Shown: piece by piece, positions 1 to 10,314 of the stretch
Layout of the letters: each line of letters begins with the position of its first letter
Position numbering within the stretch: the first letter of the stretch is position 1
Virus record (IMG/VR): IMGVR_UViG_3300009095_000046
Coordinates: 1 to 31,117 of that record
DNA from: a virus
Taxonomy: Duplodnaviria > Caudoviricetes
Length of the DNA: 31,117 bases
Direction: 5' to 3' (one strand)
Notes under the pieces: generated by a model
Databases searched by the model: none
What the model was told of the DNA's origin: nothing
What the model saw: only the letters and a program-made list of their open reading frames with translations
Position numbers and translations under genes: made by a program

Positions 1-2
1 AT

Positions 3-2318
3 CTTGATGCAACGATTGCAAAAGCAAATGTTGCCATGCTTAAAAGCTCAATTGATTATGACAATAGACGAATCAAATTTGATTTTAATCACGATGTAAC
101 GGGTTTGCTTGAAGCAAGACGAGATGCCGCTATTGCCGGGGATATGGAGCGCGTCAAGGGAATTGATGCGGCAATTGATGCCTCAGTGCATGACTACTCA
201 GAAATGAGCAACGAGATTAAGCAACTTGCCCCTTATCTTAAAGATGACATTATTAGACACCGAGAAGTAGACAAAGTATTGTCTGACTTTTCCCAGAGCT
301 TGCAAGATGGCACACAGGCAAAGTACCTGTCAGATCTTGCCGACAACAAACAAAATTTGCCGTACAGCGTGTGGCAAGATGCTGTTAAAGGCGTTGTTCA
401 AATTGACCAGCAGCACAGCCGATTAAAGAATGACATAAATGCCGAGCAAAATGCTCAAGCAGATTTAGGCATTGAAAACGGTAGTATTCAAAATGCATCT
501 GACCTATTGAATTATCCTGAGCTTACAACAGCTCAGCTCCTTTCAAAGATGAAAGCACTTGATTTAAAACAAGCACAAAGGGTAAAAGATAATTCCAAGG
601 TCATTACAGCGCAGCAGAATATTTTAAGTGGACGACCTGAATGGAACACAGCCGATACTAAAAATGCTATGTTTAAAAACTCAATTGCTCAGTTAGAGCA
701 AGCCACAGGCAAACCCGCAACGCTGCAAGACATGGAAGCAAGTATTTTAGGCACAAGCCCATACCCAGCAAGCGGGATGCCAAATACGCCTATGGGTGAT
801 AATGTTCCAGCCTTTGATTCTACGGTCAGCCAAAAGCTAACCAGTGAAGACCCAATCCAAACAGCGCAAGCGGCTATGGTTTATAATGACATGGTGAATG
901 TAAAGGGCAAGCCAAATAGCATCAGTTTAACCGGGGATGCGCTAGCCGTAGCTACGTTATTTAATGAAATTAATAACGGAGGGATTGCTCCAGAAGATGC
1001 GGCAAACCAAGCGATTACCAAAGTACTTAAAGCCACAGAGCCACAGATTGCGCAGCGCATTGAGATGTTTAATAAGAACCTTGCGCACATTGACCCACGC
1101 ACCGGAACAAACGTATTGCAACAACAGTTCAAACAAACCTTTGGCTTTGACCCTAAAGCCTTTGGTTCATCCGAAGCCTTTAAAGTATTTTCCGATAAGT
1201 ACCGCAATTATTACCTGACTTCAAACTCACAAGAGGCCGCTTTAAATGCGACTAAGTACGACATGAGAGCATGGGGAACTTCCGAATACTTTGATAAAGG
1301 TTATGTAGGTCAGCCCGTTCCTGAGAAAAAAATACCTATAACAAAAATTGGGAATGCCTTTGGCAATCAAATGGTAGCCTCTTTGCAAGGTTTTATTAAC
1401 CGCAATAACGCATTAAGAGCCGAACACCCAGAGCTAGGAATACCGCTTGTTGAATGGGCAGACCCTAAGCAAACCATCACGGGCAAAGAATCAGAGCAAG
1501 ATAAAGTATTCAAGAAGTTTACTATTGGAAACAAACCAAGGTTAAAAATAAATGGACATGAAACTGATGTGGTGCTTATGCCGAGCGCAAGCTCACGCCT
1601 TGATAATCGCATTAATTATCTGTTTGGAGTGTACGACCAATTCAATAACCTTAACCCACTCAAGGATGTTTCAAACGGAGTTGATCAGGTTGCACGCTTT
1701 GCGCCAACTGAGCTTTCGATATGGGCACCATCAATTGTTACAGCACAATTAGACAAAGAAATAAGAGATGTTGCTTTAAGTGTTGAATCTAAGGAAATTA
1801 AAAAAACTGATAAAAAAGAGCTTGCAGAGCTTGAGAGAAAAGCCCCAACATGGCAAGTTATCCTTGGGCTTGGTGGCGCAGATGAACATCGAAAATACAT
1901 TGAAGAACGTGCAGCACGTACCGATAAAGGACGCATTGAAAAAATTATTCAAACAATTAAAGACGCTAAAAGTGCGACAACTCGCGCTGAAATAGCCGAT
2001 GCAGATAATGTGGGAATCAGCAATGATTTATCTGGTGCCGTTATACCGGGAAATATTGATTTAAATACACGGCCGCGCGTTAAAAATCCTGATGGTAAAA
2101 TTAGCACGGTGCGAACAATTGGAATCAATATGGACGATTTGGAGTATGTAATACCTACCGTGAGTGATGATGGGAAACTGTTATCCAATAAGGAAGCTAT
2201 AGACTTATTCAAGAAAACAAAAAAACATTTAGGCGCATTTAAAACTCAAAAAGAAGCCACAGAGTTTGCTCAAGCATTACATGAAAGCGAAGCGGCCAAA
2301 CTGGAGGGTTTAGAATGA
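3..2318 (+). CDS. Internal virion/ejection protein (gp15-like position), 5'-truncated, with a discrete C-terminal GNIDL...STVR...HLG module
   Basis: Frame is open from base 3 ([12 protein letters not shown]...). Long helical protein sitting between the small ejection protein and the 1143-aa protein. Probably the continuation of the ORF starting at 30732. Confidence 0.7.
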   Translation, partial: LDATIAKANVAMLKSSIDYDNRRIKFDFNHDVTGLLEARRDAAIAGDMERVKGIDAAIDASVHDYSEMSNEIKQLAPYLKDDIIRHREVDKVLSDFSQSLQDGTQAKYLSDLADNKQNLPYSVWQDAVKGVVQIDQQHSRLKNDINAEQNAQADLGIENGSIQNASDLLNYPELTTAQLLSKMKALDLKQAQRVKDNSKVITAQQNILSGRPEWNTADTKNAMFKNSIAQLEQATGKPATLQDMEASILGTSPYPASGMPNTPMGDNVPAFDSTVSQKLTSEDPIQTAQAAMVYNDMVNVKGKPNSISLTGDALAVATLFNEINNGGIAPEDAANQAITKVLKATEPQIAQRIEMFNKNLAHIDPRTGTNVLQQQFKQTFGFDPKAFGSSEAFKVFSDKYRNYYLTSNSQEAALNATKYDMRAWGTSEYFDKGYVGQPVPEKKIPITKIGNAFGNQMVASLQGFINRNNALRAEHPELGIPLVEWADPKQTITGKESEQDKVFKKFTIGNKPRLKINGHETDVVLMPSASSRLDNRINYLFGVYDQFNNLNPLKDVSNGVDQVARFAPTELSIWAPSIVTAQLDKEIRDVALSVESKEIKKTDKKELAELERKAPTWQVILGLGGADEHRKYIEERAARTDKGRIEKIIQTIKDAKSATTRAEIADADNVGISNDLSGAVIPGNIDLNTRPRVKNPDGKISTVRTIGINMDDLEYVIPTVSDDGKLLSNKEAIDLFKKTKKHLGAFKTQKEATEFAQALHESEAAKLEGLE

Positions 2319-5300
2319 TTGAAAAACAAGAACCGGATAATTGGCTTGATGCGCACGTCAAGGACACTACCCCTAACCCTGATAACTTTGGATATGTTCC
2401 TTTACCTGATGATGAAGAAGAAGCGGAAGGCTCAGTTTATATGGCGCACTTACGTCAAGAAAATACTATAGGTGCAATGCTTAATCGAAAGACAAGCTAT
2501 CAATTAAGCGGTGAGACTCAAGAGGATTATGACTTCACTAACTATGTGAATCGAATTCCTAAAGATTTATTAAATCATGCCGATAAGTTTTTTGGAGCCA
2601 CAACAGATGAAGAGTTTAAGCAAATAGAAGCCCAGTTACGCCAAGAGATAAAAGATAAAAGTGTTTTGAGTGCACACCCTTGGAAAGCCCTTGCTTATGC
2701 GTTTGACCCTTTAGAGCCTACCAACTGGATACCCGGCGGTACGATTTACAAAGAAGCCAAAGCGGGTGCTGCAATTGCCAAATCAATGATGGGTGCGAGC
2801 CTGTCAGCCATTGCAAGCACAGGCATTCAAGAGGCCGTATTGCATCAAAACCAACTCACAAGAACCATGCAAGAGAGCATCTTTAATGCGGTTGGTGCTG
2901 GCTTGGTTGGTGGGATTCTGGGCGGTACTGTTTCTGCTTTTGGCTCAAAGCGCTTGGCAAAGGGATTGAGTGCAGAAGAAATAAAAGTACAACAGAGAAT
3001 ACAAGAAGACGTGAATGACGCTCTAAATCCTAATGAAAGTTTATCGGCCGCACGTAGTAATATTATGGATGGTAATGAATTAGCGCGTATGCCAAAAACC
3101 GTTGCTAAGTCTATGATACTTACCCCAATGAATCGCTTGTTTAATTCGCCATTCAAAACAGCAAGGTGGTTTGGCCAAGCCTCTTATGAACACAGCTATG
3201 AGCTGGTTAAGAATGCGTCAGGCGTGGCTAATGAGCTATCACTAGAGCAGCAAATAAAAAATGAAATGCGTGCTTTGGGAACAAAGCAAATTGACCACAT
3301 GAATTATTATTATGAAATGCATGGGGTAACAAGCAAATACTTTAAAGCTACACGCAAGAAAATGCAGGAGCTTGGAACAGAGAGCCATTTAAATATTAAC
3401 CTTGACCAGTTTAATAGAGCGGTCTATGAGGTAGCTCTAACAGGTGTTGAGCATGAGTTACCGCAAATTAATAAAGCCGCTACGATGTGGCGCAATGAAT
3501 TTGATAGGCTCAAAGACCAAGCTGTTGCTTTAAACCTGTTACCAGAAGATGTGACGGTGCCAAATGCCGCTAACTACATTATGGTAATGTACAACAAAAA
3601 TAAAATCATTGATGAAGGTGGCAAAGCGGCTCGCGGTGATGGCACGTTTGCCCAGCATGTGTTTGACCAGTTTCAAGCATCCAATGAAACCGTAAAAATG
3701 TATCTTGAATCACCACAAGCGCAAGCATTATTAAAAAGCCTTGAGGATGCAAAAAAAGAAATTCAATTGCGCACTGAGACTTTAAAGCGTGATGTAACTC
3801 CAAGGGTTGCGCAGTTAAGCAAAGAAGTGAAGCGCCTAAAATCTGAAAAACAAAAGTCTCATCCTTCAAACCATGCGGATTATGATAAAAAAATATCCAA
3901 GGCTAGTAGTGATTTAGAAAAAGCAAAGATTGAATCAATCCGCCTTAAAGACGAACGCAAGCCTTTACAAAAGCTAATTGAAGAAACCGAAAAGCTCCTT
4001 ACAGACAATGCACCGCAAGCCGCTAAAACATGGGATGGCAAGCTGCATTCATTCATTGAGGGTGATGGCGTGCAAACCACTGAGGAATTAATATGGGATC
4101 AGGTAGGCCAAACGATTGACCACATATTGGGCGACTCAGATGGCAAACTATTGAACCCGTTTTTGTCAAAACTTGGCGGTGCAACAAGACCATTTAAAGC
4201 TCGTAAGTTAATCATAGACCAATTACAAGCCAGCCCTTGGCACATTACTGACATTCAAAAGATTGCAGAGGCGCATAACCGCGCTATGGTTCCAGCTATT
4301 AAAATGCAAGAGTTTGCACAAAAGCATGGCTATAAAGATATTAATGATTTTCTTTTGGGTGCGGGCGATTCAATTCGTAAAGAGTTTGATAAAGCATCAG
4401 AGGGAAAGACTGGGAAGGAAGCGCACAAAATAAGAGCGCAATACGACACAGCCATTGAAGATATGCAAGCCACGATTCAAATGCTGCAAGGGGTGTATGG
4501 TCAAGGCTTTAATGTGTTGAATAGTAAGGGTGCTGAATTCTTTAATAACGTGCTGAACTGGAACTACACCCGGATGCTTGGGCATATGACTATGTCATCA
4601 TTGCCTGATATGGCAAGACTTGTTATGAAGAATCCTATAATGGATGTGTTAGCTCAAGGTATTGCAGAATCCTTTTCTACCGTTAAAAAAATCTCAAAGA
4701 ATGATTTAAGAGCTTTAGGCTATGGCATAGAAACTGAGTCAGCAACGCAATTTAAATCTTATATTGAACATCATGGATTAAGCACTAACCCAAGCCCATT
4801 CACTAAGGGATTAAATGCACTAACGAAATCTTTTGGTAATTTATCTTTAATGAATCCTTGGCAAGATATGATTTCAAATATGAGCGGTCATATCGCAATT
4901 AATAAGCTATTGAACATTGTTCATAAAGCGATTGATGGGAAGGCGACAAAGAAAGAACTAACGCTTGTTGCGCGATTGGGAATCCCTCAAGAACACTTTG
5001 GAGAGATTGCAAAATTTACTAAAGATAACGTTTACAAAGGCACACGCTTTGCAGACTGGACGAATTGGGATATTAAAACAGCGCAAGAATCAAACGCGCT
5101 TAAATCTTTTCAAGCAGCCGTATCAAAAAGCATTGATGAAATATTAATTGTTCCAAAGATGGGCGACAAGCCTTTGTTGCTTCAACAAAAAGGAGCTTTT
5201 GGGAATATATCAAAACTCATGTTTCAGTTTAAATCGTACTTGTTTGCAGCAACTAACCGAATTTTTTATGCCGGAATTCAAAACAGAAACGATATTAATT

Positions 5301-5746
5301 TATACCTTGGTGCTGTTTCTATGATGGGTATGGGAATGCTTGGGTATGTAGCCTCAAGTGTTTTTAGAGGCTCTTATGATCAGCTTGATTTAAGCCCTAC
5401 AAATTTAATATTTGAGGCGGTTGACCGAAGTAGTGTATTAGGAATTTTTGGCGAAGCAATCAATATTGGTAGAAAACAATTACAACTTGGTGAGGTATCG
5501 CGCTATAAATCCCGTGATGCTTTTGGCTCAGTGCTTGGGCCAACTGGTGGAAGTGCCGCCGAACTTATATCATTGTTTAATAAAATTAACCCACTATCAA
5601 GCGCAAAGGGTGAATGGACTACTAAGGACGCAGCGATCATTATGAAGCTCATGCCACTACAGAATTTATTTTATTTACAGTCTATAAACAGACAATTATT
5701 TCATAAAGCAGCGGAAGGACTTGGAGCAACACCAGTAAACGACTAA
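2315..5746 (+). CDS. Large internal virion/ejection protein (gp16-like position)
   Basis: 1143 aa, helical, with Gly/Ala-rich hydrophobic segments and a central coiled coil. ATGA-type overlap with the upstream gene. Lies directly before the tail fibre, as in podoviruses. Confidence 0.75.
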   Translation: MIEKQEPDNWLDAHVKDTTPNPDNFGYVPLPDDEEEAEGSVYMAHLRQENTIGAMLNRKTSYQLSGETQEDYDFTNYVNRIPKDLLNHADKFFGATTDEEFKQIEAQLRQEIKDKSVLSAHPWKALAYAFDPLEPTNWIPGGTIYKEAKAGAAIAKSMMGASLSAIASTGIQEAVLHQNQLTRTMQESIFNAVGAGLVGGILGGTVSAFGSKRLAKGLSAEEIKVQQRIQEDVNDALNPNESLSAARSNIMDGNELARMPKTVAKSMILTPMNRLFNSPFKTARWFGQASYEHSYELVKNASGVANELSLEQQIKNEMRALGTKQIDHMNYYYEMHGVTSKYFKATRKKMQELGTESHLNINLDQFNRAVYEVALTGVEHELPQINKAATMWRNEFDRLKDQAVALNLLPEDVTVPNAANYIMVMYNKNKIIDEGGKAARGDGTFAQHVFDQFQASNETVKMYLESPQAQALLKSLEDAKKEIQLRTETLKRDVTPRVAQLSKEVKRLKSEKQKSHPSNHADYDKKISKASSDLEKAKIESIRLKDERKPLQKLIEETEKLLTDNAPQAAKTWDGKLHSFIEGDGVQTTEELIWDQVGQTIDHILGDSDGKLLNPFLSKLGGATRPFKARKLIIDQLQASPWHITDIQKIAEAHNRAMVPAIKMQEFAQKHGYKDINDFLLGAGDSIRKEFDKASEGKTGKEAHKIRAQYDTAIEDMQATIQMLQGVYGQGFNVLNSKGAEFFNNVLNWNYTRMLGHMTMSSLPDMARLVMKNPIMDVLAQGIAESFSTVKKISKNDLRALGYGIETESATQFKSYIEHHGLSTNPSPFTKGLNALTKSFGNLSLMNPWQDMISNMSGHIAINKLLNIVHKAIDGKATKKELTLVARLGIPQEHFGEIAKFTKDNVYKGTRFADWTNWDIKTAQESNALKSFQAAVSKSIDEILIVPKMGDKPLLLQQKGAFGNISKLMFQFKSYLFAATNRIFYAGIQNRNDINLYLGAVSMMGMGMLGYVASSVFRGSYDQLDLSPTNLIFEAVDRSSVLGIFGEAINIGRKQLQLGEVSRYKSRDAFGSVLGPTGGSAAELISLFNKINPLSSAKGEWTTKDAAIIMKLMPLQNLFYLQSINRQLFHKAAEGLGATPVND

Positions 5747-5760
5747 CGGAGAGTAGCAGC

Positions 5761-7455
5761 ATGTCAAACATAAAGATTAATGATGTACCCCAGCGCATCC
5801 AGTATTCAGCCGCAGGCGGCCAAACGCAATTTACAATTCCTTTTCCGTTTTTCGCAAATGCTTATGTGTACGTTTGGCTTAACGGCATTCAATTGGTTCA
5901 AGGGGGTGCGCCCGGGCAATATACGGTCACGGGTGCTGGCTCGCCTTCTGGTGGTTTGGTGACCTTCAACACAGCAGCAACGCTTAATGATATTGTGACC
6001 ATTGAGGGCATAATGCCGATTGATAGAACATCAATCTATAGTGCTACTATATCGAATTTGACAGGCTCAGATTTAAACGGTGACTTTAACCGCGAAGTCG
6101 TCATGATGCAGCAAATTAATACTGTGCAACAATTCTTGCAAATTCAATACGCTCCTTGGGCGGTTATATCTCAAGACTTGGATGTAACCAAAGACCGCTA
6201 TATTCCTTTGCTTGGAGCGCAGCAAGTATGGCGTATGAATGAAGCAGGAACAGAGATTGAAGCCTATACAATTGACAATGTACCAGCACCAAGCAACTCT
6301 TATTTCTTAACTTGGGGTGAAGATCCTTCACTTGAGAACGAACAAAATTTAGCATCCATTGGAACTGGTTTATTAAAAAATAATCCAGCAGCAGGATTTA
6401 CAACGCTTTCAATTGCGGTCAATGGCACAGACTATTGGGCACCCGGTGATGTGATTACTTTGCCCGGAGTACCAACACAGCCTAATGATGCCGCATCAAA
6501 ACAATACGTTGATTCAATCGGTGGTGGATTTAGTTTGGTACTGCCTGTTGAAGCCGCAAGCACAGGCGATTTTGCCTCAACTTATAACAACGGAGTTGCA
6601 GGGGTAGGGGCAACACTTACCGCTGATGTTAACGGTGCTGCAAGTATTGACGGAGTAAGTCTTTCTTTAACGGACAGGGTTTTGTTTAAAAACCAAACAG
6701 CCACAGAAGAAAATGGAATCTATGAAGTGACTCAAGTGGGGGATGGCAGCAATCCAGCAATCTACACCAGGGCAACAGACTTTGACACCCCAGCACAAAT
6801 TATTCCCGGAGTTTTAGTTCCCGTAACAGGCGGCACAGTCAACATAAACTCACTATGGTTGCAGACTTCCACAGTAACCACAATCGGAACAGACCCTATT
6901 GTATTTATTCAATATGGTGTGGTTGCATCCGAGATTGTCACCATCTCAGGAAACCAAACGATTACAGGCGATAAAGTCTTTCAAGGAACGGTTGAAGTAC
7001 CCACGCCAACCGCAGGGGATGAAGCCGTCACAAAAGATTATGCCGATGCTTTAGGATTTGCAACAGGAACTAAAATGCTTTTTGTTCAAACCAGTGCGCC
7101 TACTGGATGGACTAAAGACACTACAGCAGCCTTAAATAATTCTGCTTTGCGTATAGTAACTGGAGCAGCTTCAAGCGGTGGTACAGTAGACTTCACAACG
7201 GCTTTTGCTTCACAATCTGTGGCAGGAACGGTAAACAACCACACCTTAACAACCGCAGAAATGCCAGCGCACGTTCACTCACAACCTTTTGCGGTTGGTG
7301 ATGCTACAGGTTCAGGCGCATCAGTAACACGTGGTGCAACTGTAGGAACAACTGGCTCAGAAGGTTCAGGCGGTGCGCATAACCATACATTCACGGGTAC
7401 AGCAATAGACCTTGCAGTGAAGTATAATGATGTGATTATTGCAAGCAAGGATTAG
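5761..7455 (+). CDS. Tail fibre protein
   Basis: N-terminal T7 gp17-like adaptor (QYSAAGGQTQFTIPFPF), fibre motifs AASKQYVD and AVTKDYAD, a DRVLFKNQT..ENGIY segment and a collar-like C-terminus (MLFVQTSAPTGWTK). GGAG RBS. Confidence 0.85.
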   Translation: MSNIKINDVPQRIQYSAAGGQTQFTIPFPFFANAYVYVWLNGIQLVQGGAPGQYTVTGAGSPSGGLVTFNTAATLNDIVTIEGIMPIDRTSIYSATISNLTGSDLNGDFNREVVMMQQINTVQQFLQIQYAPWAVISQDLDVTKDRYIPLLGAQQVWRMNEAGTEIEAYTIDNVPAPSNSYFLTWGEDPSLENEQNLASIGTGLLKNNPAAGFTTLSIAVNGTDYWAPGDVITLPGVPTQPNDAASKQYVDSIGGGFSLVLPVEAASTGDFASTYNNGVAGVGATLTADVNGAASIDGVSLSLTDRVLFKNQTATEENGIYEVTQVGDGSNPAIYTRATDFDTPAQIIPGVLVPVTGGTVNINSLWLQTSTVTTIGTDPIVFIQYGVVASEIVTISGNQTITGDKVFQGTVEVPTPTAGDEAVTKDYADALGFATGTKMLFVQTSAPTGWTKDTTAALNNSALRIVTGAASSGGTVDFTTAFASQSVAGTVNNHTLTTAEMPAHVHSQPFAVGDATGSGASVTRGATVGTTGSEGSGGAHNHTFTGTAIDLAVKYNDVIIASKD

Positions 7456-7456
7456 T

Positions 7457-7753
7457 ATGAAGCTCGAAGTAAAAAACAATTGCCCTTTAGATGGATTTAA
7501 ACCATGCAGACAGTTTGAGTGTGCATGGTTTATTCAGGTTAGGGGAATGAATCCGCAGACAGGGCAAGAGGTTGATGAATATGCGTGCTCTATGGCGTGG
7601 TTGCCCATGCTCACCATCGAGAACAGCCAGCAGCAAAGGCAAACGGGTGCTGCGGTAGAAAGTTTCAGGAATGAAATGGTTAAGGCAAACAAAGCCAGTC
7701 AATTGATGTTAGTTCAATCGGCCAATATGATAAGGATAGCTAAAGATGAATAG
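7457..7753 (+). CDS. Cys-rich tail-fibre-associated protein
   Basis: CPL...C...CAWF motif and IENSQQQRQTGAAVESFRNEMV. Directly follows the fibre gene. Likely start is ATG 7457 after an AAGGA RBS. Confidence 0.6.
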   Translation: MKLEVKNNCPLDGFKPCRQFECAWFIQVRGMNPQTGQEVDEYACSMAWLPMLTIENSQQQRQTGAAVESFRNEMVKANKASQLMLVQSANMIRIAKDE

Positions 7754-8276
7754 ATTAACGATTGTTCCAGTTGATGCAGCGGTTTACGTGGACGGGGTGG
7801 CATTGATTGGGCTTGATTTAAGCAGTGCTTCAATACCTGATGATGTTCATGCGCTTCAATGGTCAGACAATGCAGGATGGATTGAGTTTAAACAAGATTT
7901 AAACCTTGCCAATGAAGAGATTGAAGAGTTGCCTCAGTGGGCTTTAGCGGCTCAAGCATTATGGGAAACACGAATGGATGAAATCAATAATCCCCCTGTG
8001 CCGCCATTAACCCAGCAAGATTTTATCATTGCCATAAAACAACAATTGAATAATGTTGCTATCGCTAGAAACTACGAAAATGAATACAGCATTGCATCGT
8101 ATGCAAACAGTACCAACCTTGTTTGGAAAGCGGATGCTGAAGCATTTATTGCTTGGCGTGATTCAGTCTGGTTGTATGCTTACTCAGAGCTTGCTTTAAT
8201 AGAGGCCGGAGACAAGCCAGTACCAACCATTGAAGAATTTATTGAAGGATTGCCAACGATTGTTTGGCCTAACTAA
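7746..8276 (+). CDS. Putative tail fibre assembly/chaperone protein
   Basis: VHALQW..GWIEF N-terminal part plus A..RNY...SIASY...AEAFIAWRDSVW...LPTIVWP C-terminal part, typical of fibre-adjacent proteins. Confidence 0.65.
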   Translation: MNRLTIVPVDAAVYVDGVALIGLDLSSASIPDDVHALQWSDNAGWIEFKQDLNLANEEIEELPQWALAAQALWETRMDEINNPPVPPLTQQDFIIAIKQQLNNVAIARNYENEYSIASYANSTNLVWKADAEAFIAWRDSVWLYAYSELALIEAGDKPVPTIEEFIEGLPTIVWPN

Positions 8277-8287
8277 AAGGGGTTTTT

Positions 8288-8638
8288 ATGTCACTGGATG
8301 TTACGTTTACACTTGAAGATATTGTTGAGCAATTGGGTAAATATGAAAAACAATTGGTTGACACAGAGAATGCAGTACAGCAGATTAAAGGTGCTATTGC
8401 AGCGTGCAAGCATCAAATGCAATGGCTAGCGCAAAAGCAAACTAATCTTGTTCAGAAAAAAGCAGAAGGAGAAAAACAAAATGCCGTTAAAGAAGGGATC
8501 GAGCCAGAAGGTGATTCAAGCGAACATCAAGACGGAGATAGCAGCGGGAAAGAATCCAAGCCAAGCAGCAGCGATTGCTTACAGCAAGGCGGGGAAGTCG
8601 AGAAACAGCAACAACAAGAAAGGGTACAAATAATATGA
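8288..8638 (+). CDS. Hypothetical coiled-coil protein; C-terminal half overlaps another gene
   Basis: AAGGGG RBS. Heptad-like N-terminal half and low-complexity tail. Confidence 0.6.
   Translation: MSLDVTFTLEDIVEQLGKYEKQLVDTENAVQQIKGAIAACKHQMQWLAQKQTNLVQKKAEGEKQNAVKEGIEPEGDSSEHQDGDSSGKESKPSSSDCLQQGGEVEKQQQQERVQII
8481..8633 (+). CDS. Small basic phage protein (MPLKKGSS...QAAAIAY type)
   Basis: AGGAG RBS at 8467-8471 and ATG at 8481. The motif MPLKKG.S...I..NI..E...G....QA.AIAY is a widespread small phage protein as recalled. Nested within 8288..8638. Confidence 0.75.
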   Translation: MPLKKGSSQKVIQANIKTEIAAGKNPSQAAAIAYSKAGKSRNSNNKKGYK

Positions 8639-8706
8639 AAGGTTCAAGCAAAGGTAAAGATAAAAAACCCCCAATGCCCGGCAAAGGAAATAAAAAAGGG
8701 TGTTAG
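8635..8706 (+). CDS. 23-aa Lys/Gly-rich peptide [23 protein letters not shown]
   Basis: Read manually. ATG follows immediately after the stop of the preceding basic ORF. Confidence 0.45.
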   Translation: MKGSSKGKDKKPPMPGKGNKKGC

Positions 8707-8751
8707 CATTTAAATAATTGGCGTTCTAGTCTATAGTTAAAATGTAGTTCC

Positions 8752-8800
8752 GGCTAGGACGCTGGTTTTTCCACTTCCTCTTTTCCCAACGCTCCTAGCC
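8752..8800. other. Intergenic stem-loop before the lysis genes
   Basis: GGCTAGGA (8752-8759) and TCCTAGCC (8793-8800) plus an inner 6-bp stem around a 20-nt homopurine/homopyrimidine-rich loop. Confidence 0.6.
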
Positions 8801-8824
8801 CCTTAACTAACGGAGCATATTATC

Positions 8825-9007
8825 ATGAAACAAAAAGGCTTTGCATTAATTCCAGTGCTTGTCATTATTGGTGCTTTGGTTGTTGGAAGTGCCGCCTATT
8901 TCATCAGCAAAAAAAATGATTCGCCAGCCGAGCAAGCAGCCGAAGCGGTTCTAAAAACTCAAGGTGTTGATATTGATTTTTCACCTGATGATGAGGACAC
9001 AGAATGA
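8825..9007 (+). CDS. Single-TM membrane protein with a prepilin-like N-terminus; holin position
   Basis: MKQKG|FALIPVLVIIGALVVGSAAYF followed by an acidic tail. GGAG RBS. Overlaps the endolysin start. Confidence 0.6.
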   Translation: MKQKGFALIPVLVIIGALVVGSAAYFISKKNDSPAEQAAEAVLKTQGVDIDFSPDDEDTE

Positions 9008-9396
9008 TAGAAGATTGGTCTAAGTATCCAAACTTTAGTGAGAATGAATTAAAGTGCAAGTACACGGGCGAATGTAATATGCACCCCCTCATGATGGATT
9101 TATTGCAATCCATTCGCACCGAGTACGCACGGCCTATGTTTATTTCAAGCGGCTTTCGTTCCGTGAAACATCCCGTGGAACAAGAGAAAGCTAAGCCCGG
9201 AGAACACACTTTTGGTATGGCGGTTGATATTCTTTGTCATGGTGATAATGCTTTGAAGATTTTAAAGCTCGCTCAGGAACGCGATATTAATCGCATAGGC
9301 GTTCATCAGAAGGGAAACATCAATGGGCGGTTTATTCACTTAGGGATTTCCGATAAGTTTATTTTGGCGTTTCCAAAAGCTATTTGGACTTACTAA
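9004..9396 (+). CDS. Endolysin, peptidase M15 (D-Ala-D-Ala carboxypeptidase-like Zn peptidase)
   Basis: NFSENELKCK, ISSGFRS, H..G.AVDI and FIHL motifs. Confidence 0.88.
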   Translation: MIEDWSKYPNFSENELKCKYTGECNMHPLMMDLLQSIRTEYARPMFISSGFRSVKHPVEQEKAKPGEHTFGMAVDILCHGDNALKILKLAQERDINRIGVHQKGNINGRFIHLGISDKFILAFPKAIWTY

Positions 9397-9434
9397 TGTT
9401 ATCATAGTCTCATTTCTTGTTTTAAGATAATTGC

Positions 9435-10310
9435 ATGAAACACTGGAAACAACATGACATCGACTGGCTTATTAATAACTATCCTTTGGTTGGAAAAGAA
9501 GAGTCAGCAAGAATCCTATCAAAAACAATTGGCTCTATTAGGACGAAAGCGGCTCGACTTGGATTGAAGCAGGATAGAGAATCAGAATTCTTCAAGGACT
9601 GGCAGTATAGAGCAAAGCAATCAAAAATTGGCAAGAAAAGGCCAGAGCAAGTAAAGGTAATGCTTGAGCTTCATGCGCAAGGACGAATGAAAATGACAGA
9701 TAAAGGAAAACAGATAATCTCACATACAACCAAAGAGCGATTTAAAACAAAAGGACATCCCAAAGGGTTCTTGGGAAAGAAACACACCCAATCAGCAAAA
9801 GAAAAGATGTTGAGCGCAACTGTTGATGCATGGGCAAATAAATCATCGGGATTTAATAGTGAAGAATACAGGCAATCACTAAGCGACAGAGCATCAAAAG
9901 CGCAACGTGACGGAACGCTAAGAAATGGATACAGCAGAGGCTCTCAAGGCAGGAGAAGCGACTTAGGCAACATATTCTTTCGTTCATCTTGGGAGGCCAA
10001 TTACGCAAGATACCTTAACTTTTTAAAGTCACAAGGCCACATATACAAATGGGAATTTGAGCCTGACACATTCTGGTTTGAATCTATAAGGCGTGGTGTG
10101 CGTTCATACCTGCCTGATTTTAAAATATGGGATTCACCGGATAGCAAGCCTTATTATGTTGAAGTAAAGGGATGGATGGACGATAAGAGCAAGACGAAGA
10201 TTAAGCGCATGAAAAAATATTATCCAGAAATAAGGTTAGATATTGTCGCAAAGAAAGAGTATGGGGAGATAAAGCAGAAGCTATCAAGATTAATTTCTGG
10301 ATGGGAATGA
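9435..10310 (+). CDS. Free-standing PD-(D/E)XK endonuclease with HTH and NUMOD3-like DNA-binding segments
   Basis: FRSSWEANYA, WEFEP, YLPDF and YVEVKGW nuclease motifs, GKKHTQSAKEKM (NUMOD3-like), and N-terminal SIRTKAARLGL. Confidence 0.8.
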   Translation: MKHWKQHDIDWLINNYPLVGKEESARILSKTIGSIRTKAARLGLKQDRESEFFKDWQYRAKQSKIGKKRPEQVKVMLELHAQGRMKMTDKGKQIISHTTKERFKTKGHPKGFLGKKHTQSAKEKMLSATVDAWANKSSGFNSEEYRQSLSDRASKAQRDGTLRNGYSRGSQGRRSDLGNIFFRSSWEANYARYLNFLKSQGHIYKWEFEPDTFWFESIRRGVRSYLPDFKIWDSPDSKPYYVEVKGWMDDKSKTKIKRMKKYYPEIRLDIVAKKEYGEIKQKLSRLISGWE

Positions 10311-10314
10311 CTGA

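Noticed and set aside
881-6355. Many 60-110 aa alternate-frame and antisense ORFs in the track
   Set aside because: They are shadows of long structural genes, with no RBS or recognisable motifs.
5761-8276. Diversity-generating retroelement as in BPP-1
   Set aside because: No reverse transcriptase ORF, and no template/variable repeat pair seen.
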